A stretch of DNA of 56,610 nucleotides, filler included, from Sphacelaria rigidula (GCA_964200075.2; 4 parts of 4 records of this genome joined end to end with filler, not necessarily neighbours in it); one strand, 5' to 3'. Numbered from the whole stretch's first letter, positions 1 to 14,007 are shown. The notes: generated by a model from the sequence alone, not told the origin. Translations and numbers: made by a program.

Positions 1-18
1 CCCCCCCCCTTTTTTGCC

Positions 19-77
19 CCGTCCGGAAAGGGAGGCGTGGTCAATGGTCAAATGACCAGGGAAAGCAAAAAATGGGG
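19..77 (-). repeat. Copy of a ~60-bp dispersed repeat flanked by G/C homopolymers
   Basis: Reverse complement resembles GTACTCATTTGTTGCTTGCCTTAGTCATTTGACCATTGACCACGCATCCCTTTCGAGACGG, seen near 12640, 12717, 28487 and 38947. Confidence 0.75.
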
Positions 78-461
78 CCCCCCCCCCCCCCCCCGTGTTT
101 TGAGAGTATCGGCGACATTGCGTCCCCCGCAAGTTGAACGCAACATTCATCAGTTTTCAGAGCTGTGAACAACTGCACTAGTTAATTCTGTCGTTTAAAT
201 TGGAACTGGAGTTAAATAGAAGTGGAGTTTTATGGAACTGGCGACGAGGCCGCCATTTGTCTAGTTTTTGAACTTTGCCGTTACGGGCTACATGATTTCA
301 TACCACCAGAGTTCTGGTATGGGGCAGTTCCACGTCTTTCCAGGCCACTTTTTTTAGATGTTCGTTTTCATGGATTAGGGCACTATCGATGCAAAAAGAA
401 AAAGGTTCAATACTGCATTATTTTTGGTTCTCCTCCGTTGTTTTACTGTACGCCCCAAAAT

Positions 462-768
462 AGGGCTAGACGGATGGTGACACCTTGGAATGACCTTTTC
501 CACTCGTTGAGCTCGCTCCAGGATATCTTCGCGTTTCCGGTAGCCGCACTTTTGTTTTTGGTCAAGCTTGCATCTTCAATGACAGCCGGTCAAGTTATAA
601 AAAACGCAGCAAGACCCTCTCCATTTATTCACGATAACTTGACTGTTCGTTATTGAAAATGCAAATTTTGAAAAAAAACACGGCTACCGGAAAACATTAA
701 ATATATCCTGGAACGGGCTCAACGAGTTGAGCAAGTCATTCCAGGCGGTTAATATCCGCCTAGCACTC
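462..768. mobile_element. Diverged foldback MITE
   Basis: Imperfect arms of ~135 bp: GGAATGAC..CTCGTTGAGC..TCCAGGATAT..TTTCCGGTAGCCG versus CGGCTACCGGAAA..ATATCCTGGA..GCTCAACGAG..GTCATTCC. Confidence 0.8.
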
Positions 769-994
769 TCTTCGGGCGTGAATGACAGAACGGCCAGAAA
801 GGCAGTTTTTCAGCAAGAGTTTTTCGTTGCTCATCAGAAGTGGCCTTGGGGACCTCATTATCAGCCAAAAGTTTGACAGTTGACGCACAATAGTATAGAA
901 ACAAAGTTGGTGAAGTCGTATTTGGACGGGGGGTGCATGGTGGCGCAGGGGACGAGAAAACAGCTGTCCCCGGGGTGTGCTTTTTACCGTGAAT

Positions 995-1960
995 TTAGGG
1001 GTGGTATCCACCGTTTTGGCCTATACCGTGCGAATGACAATACGTTTGGATGTTTTTGAACGCGTTTTGGGAACTTGAAACATGGAACTAACGGAAGGTA
1101 GAAAAAATTCCTTTTCCGGTTACAAAACTTGATGTACGTATCCCACCCAAAAATAGTTGTCACCCGGCGGGTGGTCTCTACCGTTCTAGCCTGTTATACA
1201 CGAATGACGATACACCTGAACACGTGAACACATGGATAGAACTTGTGAAAAATTATGTACTTGCCTCCCTCTCCCCTATCTTCCCACCCCGGGATGAAAT
1301 CGCTCTATCCCCTCTCCAGAAACGATGCGGGTGTTATCTACCGTTTGCGCTTGATACATAGGCAACAACACACGAATAGGTATGCCATCGGACACAAGGG
1401 AGGGAACGTAAGAACGTACCTACTACAACGATAACCTTATTGCCCACTTCTCCCTCCATCCTCTATTCCCGGGACGAAATCAACGCATCCCCTCCCTGAA
1501 CCATTTCCACGTAAAGGGGGTGCTATCCGACGTTTCAGCCATCTGCGGCCAGACAAGCGTGAATCTGAACAGCTAACCGGTGCCGATAGAAAAGATAAAC
1601 TCTACCCTAAATGACTATGAGTGCCGTTTTCCTTATCGGGGTCACAGACGCCACGGGAAAGATACTGCTCCATCCTCTCGCTAAACACGCGCAGGGGGCA
1701 TCATTCACCGTCAGGGCGTGTTACATACGAACGGCGAGCCTACTGAACACGCAGGAGTCATCATTAGATCGTGCTCATCTCATCCCGCAGCTTGAGAATC
1801 CCTGCACCCCTTCCCCGGCCCCTCCTCCCTGGGGTGAAAACTAACGTATTGCCTCACCGAATAATCTCAGCGGGAAGGGGGTGTCATCTGACGTGCGAGC
1901 TATTGGCGGCCGGACAACAATGGATTCGAACACGTGGCCGGTACCAATAGAAGTTCTACA
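995..1960 (+). repeat. Degenerate tandem units (about 160-190 bp spacing)
   Basis: A GGGTGYTATCYACCGTTT-like motif recurs near 998, 1168, 1329, 1516 and 1877. The stretches 1516-1610 and 1877-1970 are clearly homologous. Confidence 0.55.
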
Positions 1961-2757
1961 ACCCACCCTAACTCTTTGTACTTTCTGTTTTTCTTGACAG
2001 GACTACAGACACCCCGGGGGTCTACGGTGGGGGTGCACGAATATTTCTTAGGTTAGAATTGTTAGCAGCCCTTCATCCCATCCAAAACACAGCTTAGTAA
2101 ATATGTGAGAGTACGACAGGATTACTATTCCAATGCGCTAGGGATATTCCGAATGAATTTGCAAACGGGGATGCCCTGACCCACATTCTTGTGCATGTAG
2201 AATCGTAAGGAGCCCTTGAACCAGGCAAGATTTTGCGCAAAAAGTGCACCCCTACCGTAGAATTGTCCCATCCCATCCCGACGTAAAGCTGGGATCATTA
2301 TCCACAGTCAAGGTCTATTCAAAACAAATGGCGATGCCCCCGAACAAGTGAGTGGTCACTAGAACGTATGGATCTCACTTGCTGACTCAAAACCACCCTT
2401 CTCCCCCTTCCCGACGAGGAGATGGGCATATCTCCTCCCCGAACACCGTCACTGGCGGGTGTTATTTGACGTGTTGGCCGTTCGCGGGAGGACTACGTAT
2501 GACACGTATTGCCTACAATATCGACGCCATTACTCTGTACGCCACGGATAGCCAGGAGCGCCATCGTTCGTTCACGACAGAGCAAAACGGTGCATATCAC
2601 CCCCGGGGACGGCTTCTTTCCAATCCGTGGAAAAACCTTGGGCCTAACCTCCACATGAGACATCATGAACGTATTGAAGAAGTTTTTAGTGTATCCGTGC
2701 GTGCCATGCAGTACATTTCTTCGACACTTGATGAGATCTTGAATGTACTGAAACAAG

Positions 2758-3184
2758 CACTATATTCGTGAGATCCAGAGTGTAGTTTCAGATTCAGAGT
2801 TGGGATTTCCAACGGAAGAACTGTTTTCTTTGTGGTCGATTCTTATGCGAAACAGTCCGCGTCACTAATCAACCAAGATTGGAGGCTGTGGAAACACGCA
2901 CGTTCATTACTCGCATTGGTCGATTGGTGACGCGAACTGTTCCGCATAAGAATCGACCACGAAGAAACTAGTTCTTCCTTTTGAAATCCAAACGATCCAA
3001 ACGGAAGAACTGTACCAATCGACCAATCCGAGTAATCAACGCGCGTGTTTCCACAGCCTCCAATGTTGGTTGATTAGTGACGCGGGCTGTTTCGCATAAG
3101 AATCTACCACAAAGAAAACAGTTCTTCCGTTGGAAATCCTGACTCTGAATCTGAAACTACACTCTGGATCTCACGAATATAGTG
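2758..3184. mobile_element. Foldback MITE with CACTA...TAGTG termini
   Basis: Highly similar ~170-bp inverted arms (CACTATATTCGTGAGATCCAGAGTGTAGTTTCAGATTCAGAGT / ACTCTGAATCTGAAACTACACTCTGGATCTCACGAATATAGTG). No TSD is evident. Confidence 0.88.
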
Positions 3185-6100
3185 TTAACAGCCGAAACAA
3201 AAAGGGGCAACAACGGTGGCCCGCAAGTTGTTTTACATTCAAATAAATTGGTCAGACTCGTCGGCCCAAGCGCTCAAACATCAGGTAGCTTACTTGCTCC
3301 CGTCCTCCGCTTCTCATGGAGAGGCTCTGCTGCTGCATACTACTGATGAATAATTTTCGAACCACTCACTTCGTTGGATGAGATTTAACGACATCACATC
3401 AGCCTCTGAGTTCCTCAATCTGAGGGCTCACATTTTCTATGGCTATCCACGTTTTGTCATGGAAAACGAGCGAAGCCAATTACCTGGGAAAACATGGATT
3501 AACAGGCCGCTGGCGCGGCCAGTTCAAACTTCACTGACCCAAGCCGCCAGTTCATAGCCCTATCAATTTCCGTTCGGGTATGACTCGTTTATTAGAGTCT
3601 CGCGCACGCGTCATTTTTAGCCAGCTAACTGTTGCTAGCTTAGGTCTCATGAACTTGCACTGTCGAAAACTCACACTTTTCTTGCAGAGCGAGCTGGTTC
3701 ACGCTCATTACCCAGGATTCATTCATCCGCAAATGTTCACGCCGATTGTTGAAGGTAGCCTCTGAACGTTTGCACACATAGAACACGCAACATAAGAAAA
3801 CAAGTAGGGGATCGGATATCTTTACTTGTTGTCACCTATCGGGGGTCCTGGGGACCTGGGGAGTCACATCCCTCCCTGGGACCCCCAATAACTGGCAGGA
3901 AAAAACAAGTCAGAAGACCCCGCCCACAAAAGAGTCGAAGTGTCACATAGTGCTTGTGTGCACATATTCAGAGTCTGACTCAGGCGTGAAAAATTGCGTT
4001 TTTGTGCGATGGAGTGGGCTTCAAAACGTACAAGGTAATAACGATTTGGTTTTGGCGTGAAAACTTTGTTTTGGGGGTATGTTCATTGCTAGACGAGGAA
4101 GTTGCATCAGCTTTTCGAGTTTTGCAACCAAACTTTGTTCAAATGTTCCTTGGACTACACTGGGACACATGATTATATTTTCGTATTCCGAGGCATTCTG
4201 TACCGGCTTCTGGGGGTCTTTCACGCCGGAGACTCCGGAAGCTGGCAAAGAGCGGAGAAAGACTTGAATGTTTCTTAGCACAATTTTCCCATTTGGAGCA
4301 CCAATCTGTCAAGTTTGAAGGCGGTCGCAGGCTCTCTGTGATAGATATGAAGCAAAAAATCATAAAACGTTCTGGATCTTGGTTGCCTATCATGAGAGGA
4401 AAGCCGACGACGTGAAGGCCGCACGTCACCGAAATACCACGGTTCGAGGTATGATTCGATCCCATCGTGACCGTTTTCACATCTGATCTTCTCTGTTAGA
4501 TTCCCGACCTAATCACAGTTACTACTACATATGCATGTGAAGTTTGGGCAGAAATTGCGTCGGAAAATTGCATTTTAGTTTTAAAACAATTTGAACGCAC
4601 CTGATTGGTCCAGGGGTCTTTTGGCCCTTCGCGCCATAGCAATGGCCTTCAACAAACCCGGCTACGTCCCCTCTTCAGTTGCCCGTGGCGGTCAGCATGA
4701 TGCCACGTATGCGACTATTGGGTGAGTATTGTGGAAGGCATTGAAATTGGCTGATGACACAACTGTGGGTGATAAGCGTGAACCCGCTCGTATCTTGAGT
4801 TTTGAATGTGTTGCGTCATGAGGAAAGTTTTAGAAGTGGGAACTTCGTGAGATATACTCTGACAAAGGTCATGGTGACAATCACACAGTGTCTTCCTCGA
4901 AATAGGTTTTTGGGGTACGGTTATTCGGTATCATACATGAGTTTCGCGGTTTTTGCTGTTTTGTTCTGTTTGCATTTTTGTTTGTCAGATGTCTTCGTTT
5001 GTTCGGCACTTGTCGTCTCCCCTGCATTTTTGTGGTGGGCGAGTAATTTTCGTTTCGTTGATCTTATTGGGTATGCCTATCTTGTGACCCCCGCTGTGTC
5101 CCTCGGGGATCACTGAATGTGCGACAATCAGACAATAAACTACAGTACACGGGTTTTGGTACCTGTACAGTGTGGTAGGTTCGGTGTGGTATCTGTTATC
5201 GCAGATTCTACGGTACCTTGGTGTCTGTTTCCGAGAACACTGTACGGACAATACGGGTCGGACGAATGTAGTACTTCCACAGAAAGCTGCAGATATCGCG
5301 GGAACTGTGGAAATCTGAAGCCATGGTACCCTGCCACGGAAAATTGCGGCACGTGGCATGCTATACTACTGTACATGTGTGTTCATGTACGCGTTGCCAT
5401 CTTCAATCGACGAATGTATTGCGATTCCGACAGTCACCGTGCAGATCCACCCATAAACAAACTCTGAGGACATATGGCCAAAATCAAACGCGACGCGAGA
5501 GTCAATGTAGCGTTCACTTCGCTGTACAAGAAGAAAGGATGAAATTGCAGATGACGGGTTGCAAACTACAACCAGTGCATCAGAGTAAAATACAGCAGAA
5601 AGCGTAGTTAAATCCCCCGGCGATCGCAACATTACCAAGGGAGCACCAAAAATACGTGGGGAGTGCGACACAACCGAAATCAGAAATACGGCAACCGGAA
5701 CAAGACAGATATTGCGGATGGTAGAAAAATGATTTACACAAAGACAGCAATGCACGAGTAATGGCGGATTACCAAATACCCAATCAACCGTAGCGACATT
5801 TTCCAGGAACTACTGTGTGCGCCCATTACCTTCTAAAATCGGGCAACCGGAGGAAGGAAGGGGGGGGAGGGGTTGCTACACAGTGTGCTGTGTTATTTAT
5901 TGTCCTCAACATGTCCAGAAGATAGTAAAGTACAAATCCTCAGGCGTTGGTCGGGCGCTGCCCGAACTCAAAGAAATTCGTATTTGGCTCGACAGCAATG
6001 GCAAAAACTCCATAATTAGCGCGAACAAAATGATGCCTATGCGCTGCCTTTGCTGTAAGACATCCGTACTTAGATGAGAGCAGTCATGAAAGATTCCTCT

Positions 6101-7599
6101 ATGAGCTGGAAATAATTGTGAGAAGTGTTCATGTTTTGTTCGGAAAACTGCTCGCGGGGGAAGCGGGGGGAGCGGGGAGGGGGGGGGATATGACTCCTGG
6201 AAAAACGTTTCTCAGTAGGCCCCTTGCATCAGCCAAAACAAATGGCAAGCAAGATTTGCGAAGTATGAAGGTTACCTGTCTTATGACACTAACTACAAAA
6301 AATGGCATTATAAATTCGTCTCCGATCACCACTCTACATATCAAGCATGACGCCCTTCGGTGACACCTTCGTCGACTTGCGAATGTTTAGTAAATTGGAT
6401 CCGATCGCTTTGCGTGCGCAACTCCTGACAGAGTTGGAGCCGAGCATCTCCGCCTTACTCACATGTAGATACGGATAAGGTGGTGCCATCAAAGATAGCC
6501 TTGGCCAGAGAGGCACAGTGGTTGTCGAATTCTCTATGAGCGCTGAGCAGGTACGTTTCTTGAGTGCGGCTCGCAATCTCAAAGTGACAATGGGAGAAAA
6601 CGTCCCTTTCTCCGACGTCTAATATTATATAAAAACAAACAAACCCGCACGAAGTGATCGCCTTTTGAAAAGAGATTCTGAGTGCGCTCTGATGATTACT
6701 GGAACATCTAGGTCGTTCTCTTGGGCCCCTTAATTGTCAATCTGAAACAATTTCACCTCTATTTTTGGTTGCCAGGTCACCTTTCCCCCCGTTAGTTTCT
6801 GGTCTACACAATCGAACGTTATTATTTTATATTGCACTCTAAATATGAGTTAAAGGCCACGACTTGGAGCCTCGAGTACAGTCGGTCAGCCCTCTAGATT
6901 TTGTGTACCCCTTGCGGTATTTTCGTTATGTATTTCTAGTGAGTACAATATAGAGCATAACGTATCTCGCACCGCAATCGAATAGTCTTTGACCAAACAT
7001 TGAAACCGAATGGCTTGTGCACGAGACGAATATGCAGGGATTATCTGGCGGTGGTAGACTACAAGCAAATTGCTCGTTGAACCCACAGCACTCAGATAGT
7101 CAGCCACTCCCCCCCACTGCCAATCCTACAAACCCCCTCCCCTTGTCAACTTCAGACACTTCGAGGAGTGATATTTACTCACAAAAAAAGAAAAAATACG
7201 CCTTCCACCACCTACTACGGCGAATACCAAGATAAGTACAACTTGTCGGTGCCTCACTCAACATTGCAAGATACTCAACAAAGGTACGTAAGTGCCGAGT
7301 GATCGAAGGCGAAGTCGGTATTGGTTGAAAGTAAGTCAAGATCATAATGAGTGAACAAAAGACAAGATATCGTCCACGAGATTTAATACTCTGAGCGGAA
7401 AGGGATGCAAACTGTGCGTTTTCCCGCAAGTCTTCGAAGCTGTTGAATAACAGACACCGGGGAAACAAGCATGCAGACATGTGGAGCCAATTGCCGTGAT
7501 GACGAGAATTTTGTTTTGTGGTGTTCCTTTTGCGTCATTTGCCACGAGAACAGCACTCATCAGTCAAACACGAGATGATCATCATACAAATTGGGTTTC

Positions 7600-10500
7600 C
7601 AACGATACCAGCCACGGCTCAATCTCTAGCGTGTTTTTGTTGTCTCATATCATGCCACCAATCATATTCATTGTTCGTAAGCCAGAACGCGGCAAAATGA
7701 CAACCCGATCCGGGAAAAATAACGCCGTGACATTTCTTCGGGAGAAAGCAGGTTTTACTCTCTCGTGACCCCTATAGGTATATCGCTGGCGCCACCACCC
7801 GTCCCGCCGCCGGTACTCAGTAGGTCAGCGCCCACGACAGTGGCGGCGGTGCTGCGAAACGAAAGTTTCAGCAACGGGTAGTTTCTGGTACGGAAAACCG
7901 ACGACGACAATTCATTGTTTTCAACATACACACACAGATCTGCCACGCACCTCCCCTATCCAACCGTCCCGCGATATCTGTAGGTTGTTCTGCGTTGTGA
8001 AACGGGTAAATGTATCGCCGGAGCGAAGCAGGATACTTGATAGAGCAAATTGGGTATATACCCTTCGTCCCAAGTGATATTTACAAAGAAACATTGGTAT
8101 CGACGACCTCCTCCTCCCTGGACTTGGCTAGAACGGTATCCCCCTGATTCACCCTACCTCCTACCGTGTCAGCGGGCACGACGTTTTCCTTCGCGGACTC
8201 CTCCACCAGCTGGACCGACTCAGCGGCCGCCTCCTCCACGCAATCGCTTCACATACACTGCGCGTAAGTGCAATAGTCAACGTCAACATCCCAACGTTCA
8301 GGCACGAAACCGACATACATTCAGGAGCAGAGTTTACTCGGCTCGATTCCACGGCATGAAGTGGATATCAAAATCGCTGCAAGACCGAGACGGTTAACAC
8401 GTTGTAGATGCGTCCGTTTATCCTGAGGGCAAGGTCTATCCCGCTCAAAGGCCGTGCGCTTTGCCCGGGATAGTCGATACCACAGTTCGAGTCATCATTG
8501 TCGGCTGTGTCAGACCCTTGAATTGGGATTACTATCTCAAATATAGATCAACTGTATACTTTCGGGCGGGCGGTCTCAGCTGCAACGTTTTCAACTCGCC
8601 TGCAGTAGAATCTGCACCCCGGATGTTTTGAACTTGTTAGTGTAAAGGGTTCTGTGATATTTTCGTTACCACTTATGTGAAGACGTAAACCAATCAAACC
8701 CGCCTAGGTTGAAGATGTTCTTGTGTTGTTTGCCCAAGCGCCGCAAGATGCCTTGCGATGTCTGGTACCATGGCATTTGAACAGGTGGAAGAACCTGTTG
8801 AAGAGGTCCGTGCCGCCTCATACTCGCAGCTGCTCGTCACCTCAGAAGGGGACCTGGAGAGCTCGACGTTTATCCCAAAGGCGCTAAGGGCAGGAGGTGA
8901 CTCTGCCTCAAGACGATGGGGAAAGGCGGATCTTTTGGAGAGAGATGGCAGTGGGGTCGGGAACGGCGCGTTCGGTGAGTGCGGTCACACACGTTCATTC
9001 ATGTTGGGAGGTAGCTCATGGCAACCGCATTCCGCCGTGGCGGTGGCCAGTTACCGTGCTCCGCCGAAGCTGCGTGTGTAGCACGTACTACTGCTATGTG
9101 CTTCTTGGGGGATCTCCTACAGAATACCGCGTTTGGTTTGAGCGCGGAAGCTGAAATTGGCAATCGCCTTAGCGCTAGAGGTACCAATGAACAGGTGCTG
9201 AAACTTGCTACTCCTCAAACGACACAGTCATAGCGCTGAATGATGAGCAACAAGCGACGTATGATGGTCTCTGCCAGGACTGGGCAAGTGATCTAAACTA
9301 CTATTTTCTTGAGTGAAGGAAGGCGATTTCTTCCCACAGTCTGCTTTCGTGGTACGGCGAAGGGGCTTTGCAGGGCAACACGAGCCGTTGAGCATGTCCT
9401 GTGTCACCTGAAACTGGTGCGATCACCCTCGACAACTATGTGGTCGCTTGCGTGTGTATGTCGCCGTACCTCGATGGCCGAACCGGTGCATCTTCAGCGA
9501 GTTAGAGCCGAATATTGAGGCTTCGAATCCCGACAGATGCGGTTTTTCTCTAAAAAGTGTCTGATGTCCCTCATTGAGGGAGTCAGGGCGTGAGTGGCAA
9601 AGAAAAGTTCATGAAAGCCGACGTGGTGAGGGTGTTTCGATCCAACCCGCTATACTAAAAATCGCGTATATGGTCAGCTCGCTGCTGTTCGGAACATGTG
9701 ACGGCAACGACATCGATCATGAAATTAGGTGTTAGTATAGCATATGGGAGAAGGTGGGAAAACTCGAGATGGGTTCGTCTACTGTCGTTTCTGGTAGTTG
9801 GGGCCTGAACATGTCAGTATGGACGCGCATAAAACAATCGGACTCCGTCAAGGGGGAGTACAACGCATCTTCTGTATATCTCGAGGATAAAAATCCGGAC
9901 TTTCGAAGCACAATAACTAATCGGGAGCTAACATTGTGTTCTCCGTATTTTGATAGCTTCGTGTGATGGCTGGGTAACGTTCGCTGTGTACTCGTTCTCG
10001 AAATGCCGACCGTTCCTATAAACCGTACCAGCATTGGACGGGAAGAGGGTCAAAGGGTTTCCATCCGACTTGCCGAGCTCAGCCGGCTTGCCCGGCACAA
10101 AGCCAAAGATCGCGTTCAGAAAACAATTTCCCATCACTTCAGGGGTGACATACCGTAGTGTGTCACCAATCGCGAAACATCAATAACCCCGGTGTATCGC
10201 TACCTACTCCACCGTGCCTCGTTCTGGTTTATTGGCACTGATCAGCGAGTGTTGTCGCCGTCAGGACCTTTGCGGGATCCGTTCTGGCGGTGAAAAAGAT
10301 GGAGAGAAACCATGCAACGAGGGGTAACCAGGTACGAGGAATGTGTGCAACCCTGTGAATGAAGACGAGCTATTTCTCTGGGCTTGGCGTTGAGATCCTT
10401 TTGCTCATAGGCTGGCGCCAGCGAAAGCCACCCAAACATTGGCACTGGGGCAAACAGCACGAACAACGCCGGAGCATACCACAAGTGTGCGTCCCATTCC

Positions 10501-12060
10501 CTGCCACCGTACAGCCACCCCGGAGTGCTCGGCGTGCTCTGATTGTCGTTCTAGCATTTTCGGCACCTCCTCCTGTTCGAGCAAGCACACCGAATACGAC
10601 CTGGTAGAGGTAGTAAGGGTACAGTTGAAAGACAATTTGGTACAAAGATTAATCAACATGCCCAAAAATCTGGCACGATTGTCTCGAAGTTTGGTGCGTA
10701 TGTTGCTGACACCGTAGCGAGAGTGATTATACCTATTTTGACACCCAACTCGTCGCCGTTTGTATGTTATGACCGGAACAAAGCACAACAAACTCATGTG
10801 TGAGTCAATCAGGTATGGGACGTCCAGGCTGTTACGAAGGTAACCTTTTCGGATCTCTTCCTCGGGGTTTGAAGAAGTAGGGCCTGAGATCTCTAGGAGA
10901 GAAATGTGTCGACCATTCAAAGGTCTCCTTACCGTGCGTGCTTGAGCGACAAGTCCCCGGAGAGACTTTCTACTCTTTCGCTGTAAGCAGCTCTTCGCAG
11001 ACAGGGTTTTGTCACTGGTTGCTCAGATCAACAGAAGGGAATCTTGCACATCTCCTCCTTGCTCAATTCACCTTACCTTTGCGTGCCTTCTGTCGGTGCT
11101 TACCTCTCAGGACGATTTTATTACCCGCGAGCTGGGCTTGCTCACTGAGTGCGCCGGCCATCCTAACGTGGTGGAAGCAGTAGGGTACATGAAGACTACC
11201 GAAATGTGAGATAAAAGATTGCTGAAGTTATGCGAAACAAGGCGTGTAGTTTGCCATCCTGTCAACCACCGATCTCTGTGTTCCACGGCGCACATGCAAA
11301 TTACGCCAGGGATCTTGATGTGCAGGTAGGCGCGGATACGTGTGTATCCTCCATGGCACATATGTTGCATTCTTGTAATTGCATCGTTTGGAATTGGTCG
11401 CAGCATCCGGCGCTCCAGTTGATCGGAATATATCGCATACTGAAGGGTTGGGGTACTAAAACCTCTCAACCGGAAGTAAAACGAGATAGACGATGAGGCT
11501 AGATGGTCAAGAACATTTACCAATCCTGGTGTTACCGGGCAATTATTGAATTGGATTGGATTGTACATTTCAGCAAAGTAGAAAAAACCACTATCGAGAG
11601 TACCTTTGAAAGGATGCAATTTCCTCAAAATTCTGTAGAGGATTGAAACATCCTTTCGGACACGGCGTCGGCGATCGAACCGCACACGATACACCGTAGG
11701 ATCTAAGGGTCATGATTTCGAATCCAACCGCGACCACCGTGAAGAAAAGAATGCGCTTGCCGAAGTTAAGCTGGCCACAAGCATGATGGGGGACCTCACC
11801 GAATTTCATCACCGTACTATTTTCGTATGAAGTGTTTATTTTATTTGTTCAATGTAAAGGTGGGGACCCACACGTTGAAAGACTGATGATTGTGAAGGGC
11901 AAAGGGATGGACAATGCCCCTCGCTCGTCCCCTGGACAACCGTTTAGCCCTCGAAATCTCTCGCTGGAATAGCAGGGAGACTCGTGGCGCAAGGTGTACT
12001 CATGGTCTTGCATGCCGTAGCCATATGGCCATTGACCTCGTATCCCTGCGAAGCCGGGAC
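7600..12060 (-). pseudogene. Possible decayed multi-exon gene of unknown product
   Basis: Several short AG...GT-bounded blocks on the minus strand (e.g. ttag|GATGGCC..CTGAGAG|gtaagc near 11162-11104; cttacag|..GCACG|gtaagg near 10981-10934; cag|ISRDGWIGE|gtgcgt near 7977-7951). They contain in-frame stops and give no consistent model. Confidence 0.3.
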
Positions 12061-12489
12061 GGGGCACGCCAGGGTTTCGCCGGACCAGGCTCACAGTCAC
12101 CAAGCCCGAGGCGCCGTAATGTGTTCGTCGACTGGCATATAAGGGGCGATCTTTATCCTGCTAAGATCGTTACACCCGAAGCGTACCGATTATTTTGCGT
12201 ATGGCTGACAGCCTCGCATGATTTGTTTCATTTTCTGGTATGCTAATATCAGCGACAGCCACTCGTTACAAGGCGTCATGGATGCCTTACCATTTGAACA
12301 CTGCGTAGCATGATTGTCTCCTTGGCGTGGAGTTGAAGTTATTCCACCCCGCAAAATATGATCTAGCTCCATCACTATCATGCTTACCGCAAAACAAGGG
12401 CAAGCGCAACCAAGCATGGTAATGTGGTTGCCTCGTTTACGCAGGGAGTGGCGTGTTTCGCCGAGTCGTTACCAACCAACGCCAAACCT

Positions 12490-12787
12490 TCAAGGGGTAG
12501 GGGGGGGGGGGGGGGGGGGACCCATTTTTTGTTTTCCTTTGTGGTTTGCCCATTGACCCCCCCTCCCTTTTGTGACGGAGCAATGAGNNNNNNNNNNGGT
12601 AGGGGTGTGTGGGGGGGGTTGGTCGTGCTCTTCCCCTTTTCTTGCTTTCCTTAGTCGTTTGACCATTGACCACGCATCCCTTTCGAGACGGAGCATCAAG
12701 GGGTAAGGGGGGGGGCGTACTCATTTGTTGCTTGCCCTAATCATCTGACCATCGACCACGCATCCCTCTCGAGACGGAGCACGGGGG
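12490..12787 (+). repeat. Three tandem copies of the ~60-bp dispersed repeat with G-tracts
   Basis: The unit (poly-G)..TTGACCATTGACCACGCATCCCTTTCGAGACGGAGCA recurs three times; the first copy is degenerate and there is a small N gap. Confidence 0.75.
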
Positions 12788-13940
12788 TGCGTATGTCTAT
12801 AAGAGGGGACAGGAGCATCAAACTATTGTGTGTGAACAAGCTTTGGGGGATGTCGTCGGGGGATCAATACGCACGACTGACTGCTGTGTACTGCTGCATA
12901 GCTATCTCTCGACTGAGCAGAATCCATGACACGCTTGAACGTCCTTACACGCGGACCGTGCAACACTCGCTTGCTTCGTTGGCTGCTATCACACAGTGTC
13001 GTACATGGCAGACTCTGTTTCATGATATTCGATGGGTAAAGCAGAACTCGATCGCAGGATCAAAGTGGAATTTTCAATCTGCAGATCCTTCCTATGTTGT
13101 TTCATTTTGCTTCTGTTACCGTCGCGGCGTTCATATCTGTGTTGGTTTGATCACCAAGTTTCTCTTGACAATGGGTATTTCCGTTTTATAGCCCTCCGTT
13201 GCGTCTATTTCACAGACTGCTTCACGCATTTGACCCAAGATTGAATAATCAGCGAATGCCTTGCGCGGTATCCATCCAATAGTCGCATGCATGGTATCAT
13301 AGTGACTATCATGGCAAACTGAAGAGGGTGACACGGCTGGAGCTTTGCTCGAGACCATACCGGTGGCGTTACGGCGGAAAGGTACCTCGACCAATCAACA
13401 GCCCTGAACTGCTCTGAAGTAAATATTACAAATTCTTAAGAAAAAATCTGCTCAATCTCCGCATGCTTTAAAATTTTGTAACTGACATCATCTCGGGGTT
13501 CTAAAGGGGAAAACACATATTCGAATACGGTTTCTACGAGGTCGACGTGCATCCACAACAGGGGTGTTTTGGCGACGTGGGGTTTTGACGTCGTCGGATT
13601 TCTTCTATCATGTGCATCAAAGACCAAGAAAGCCTCCCGACGGTTTCCCATTTATCACTTTTAAAGTTCGTAGAAAAACTCTGACTGCCCTCACACTTCG
13701 CTATTCGGTACGTATTGGTGCTTCGAATGGGAACATGTATTGCTGAAATATATTTTCAAGTTTCTCCACTCGTTCCCGGCTTTCGGGGATCTTCATGCCG
13801 AGACCCCCGGAACCCAGTACGAAATGCCTCGAAATGATTAAAAACCATGACGCGTCCCGAGGTAGTTCAAGGAACATTTGTAGAAAGTTGCGTCGTGTAA
13901 CTCGAGAAAATGATGACATGGGGTCGTTTGTCAAACGTAC

Positions 13941-14007
13941 GCCACGGTGGTGTAATGGTCCGAATTTCGCCATTAGGGTGGAGAGTACGGGGTTTGATTC
14001 CCGATGC
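13941..14007 (+). pseudogene. tRNA-like (Gly-like) pseudogene or SINE head
   Basis: A-box TGGTGTAATGG and B-box-like GGTTTGATTCCCG followed by a T tract. The anticodon arm and acceptor stem are not intact. Confidence 0.55.

Noticed and set aside
4643-4721. Possible first exon MAFNKPGYVPSSVARGGQHDATYATI|gtgagt
   Set aside because: Good donor, but no convincing downstream exon or homology.
11265-11285. HRD-W as a kinase catalytic loop
   Set aside because: It lacks the following Asn and a DFG-like motif; probably chance.
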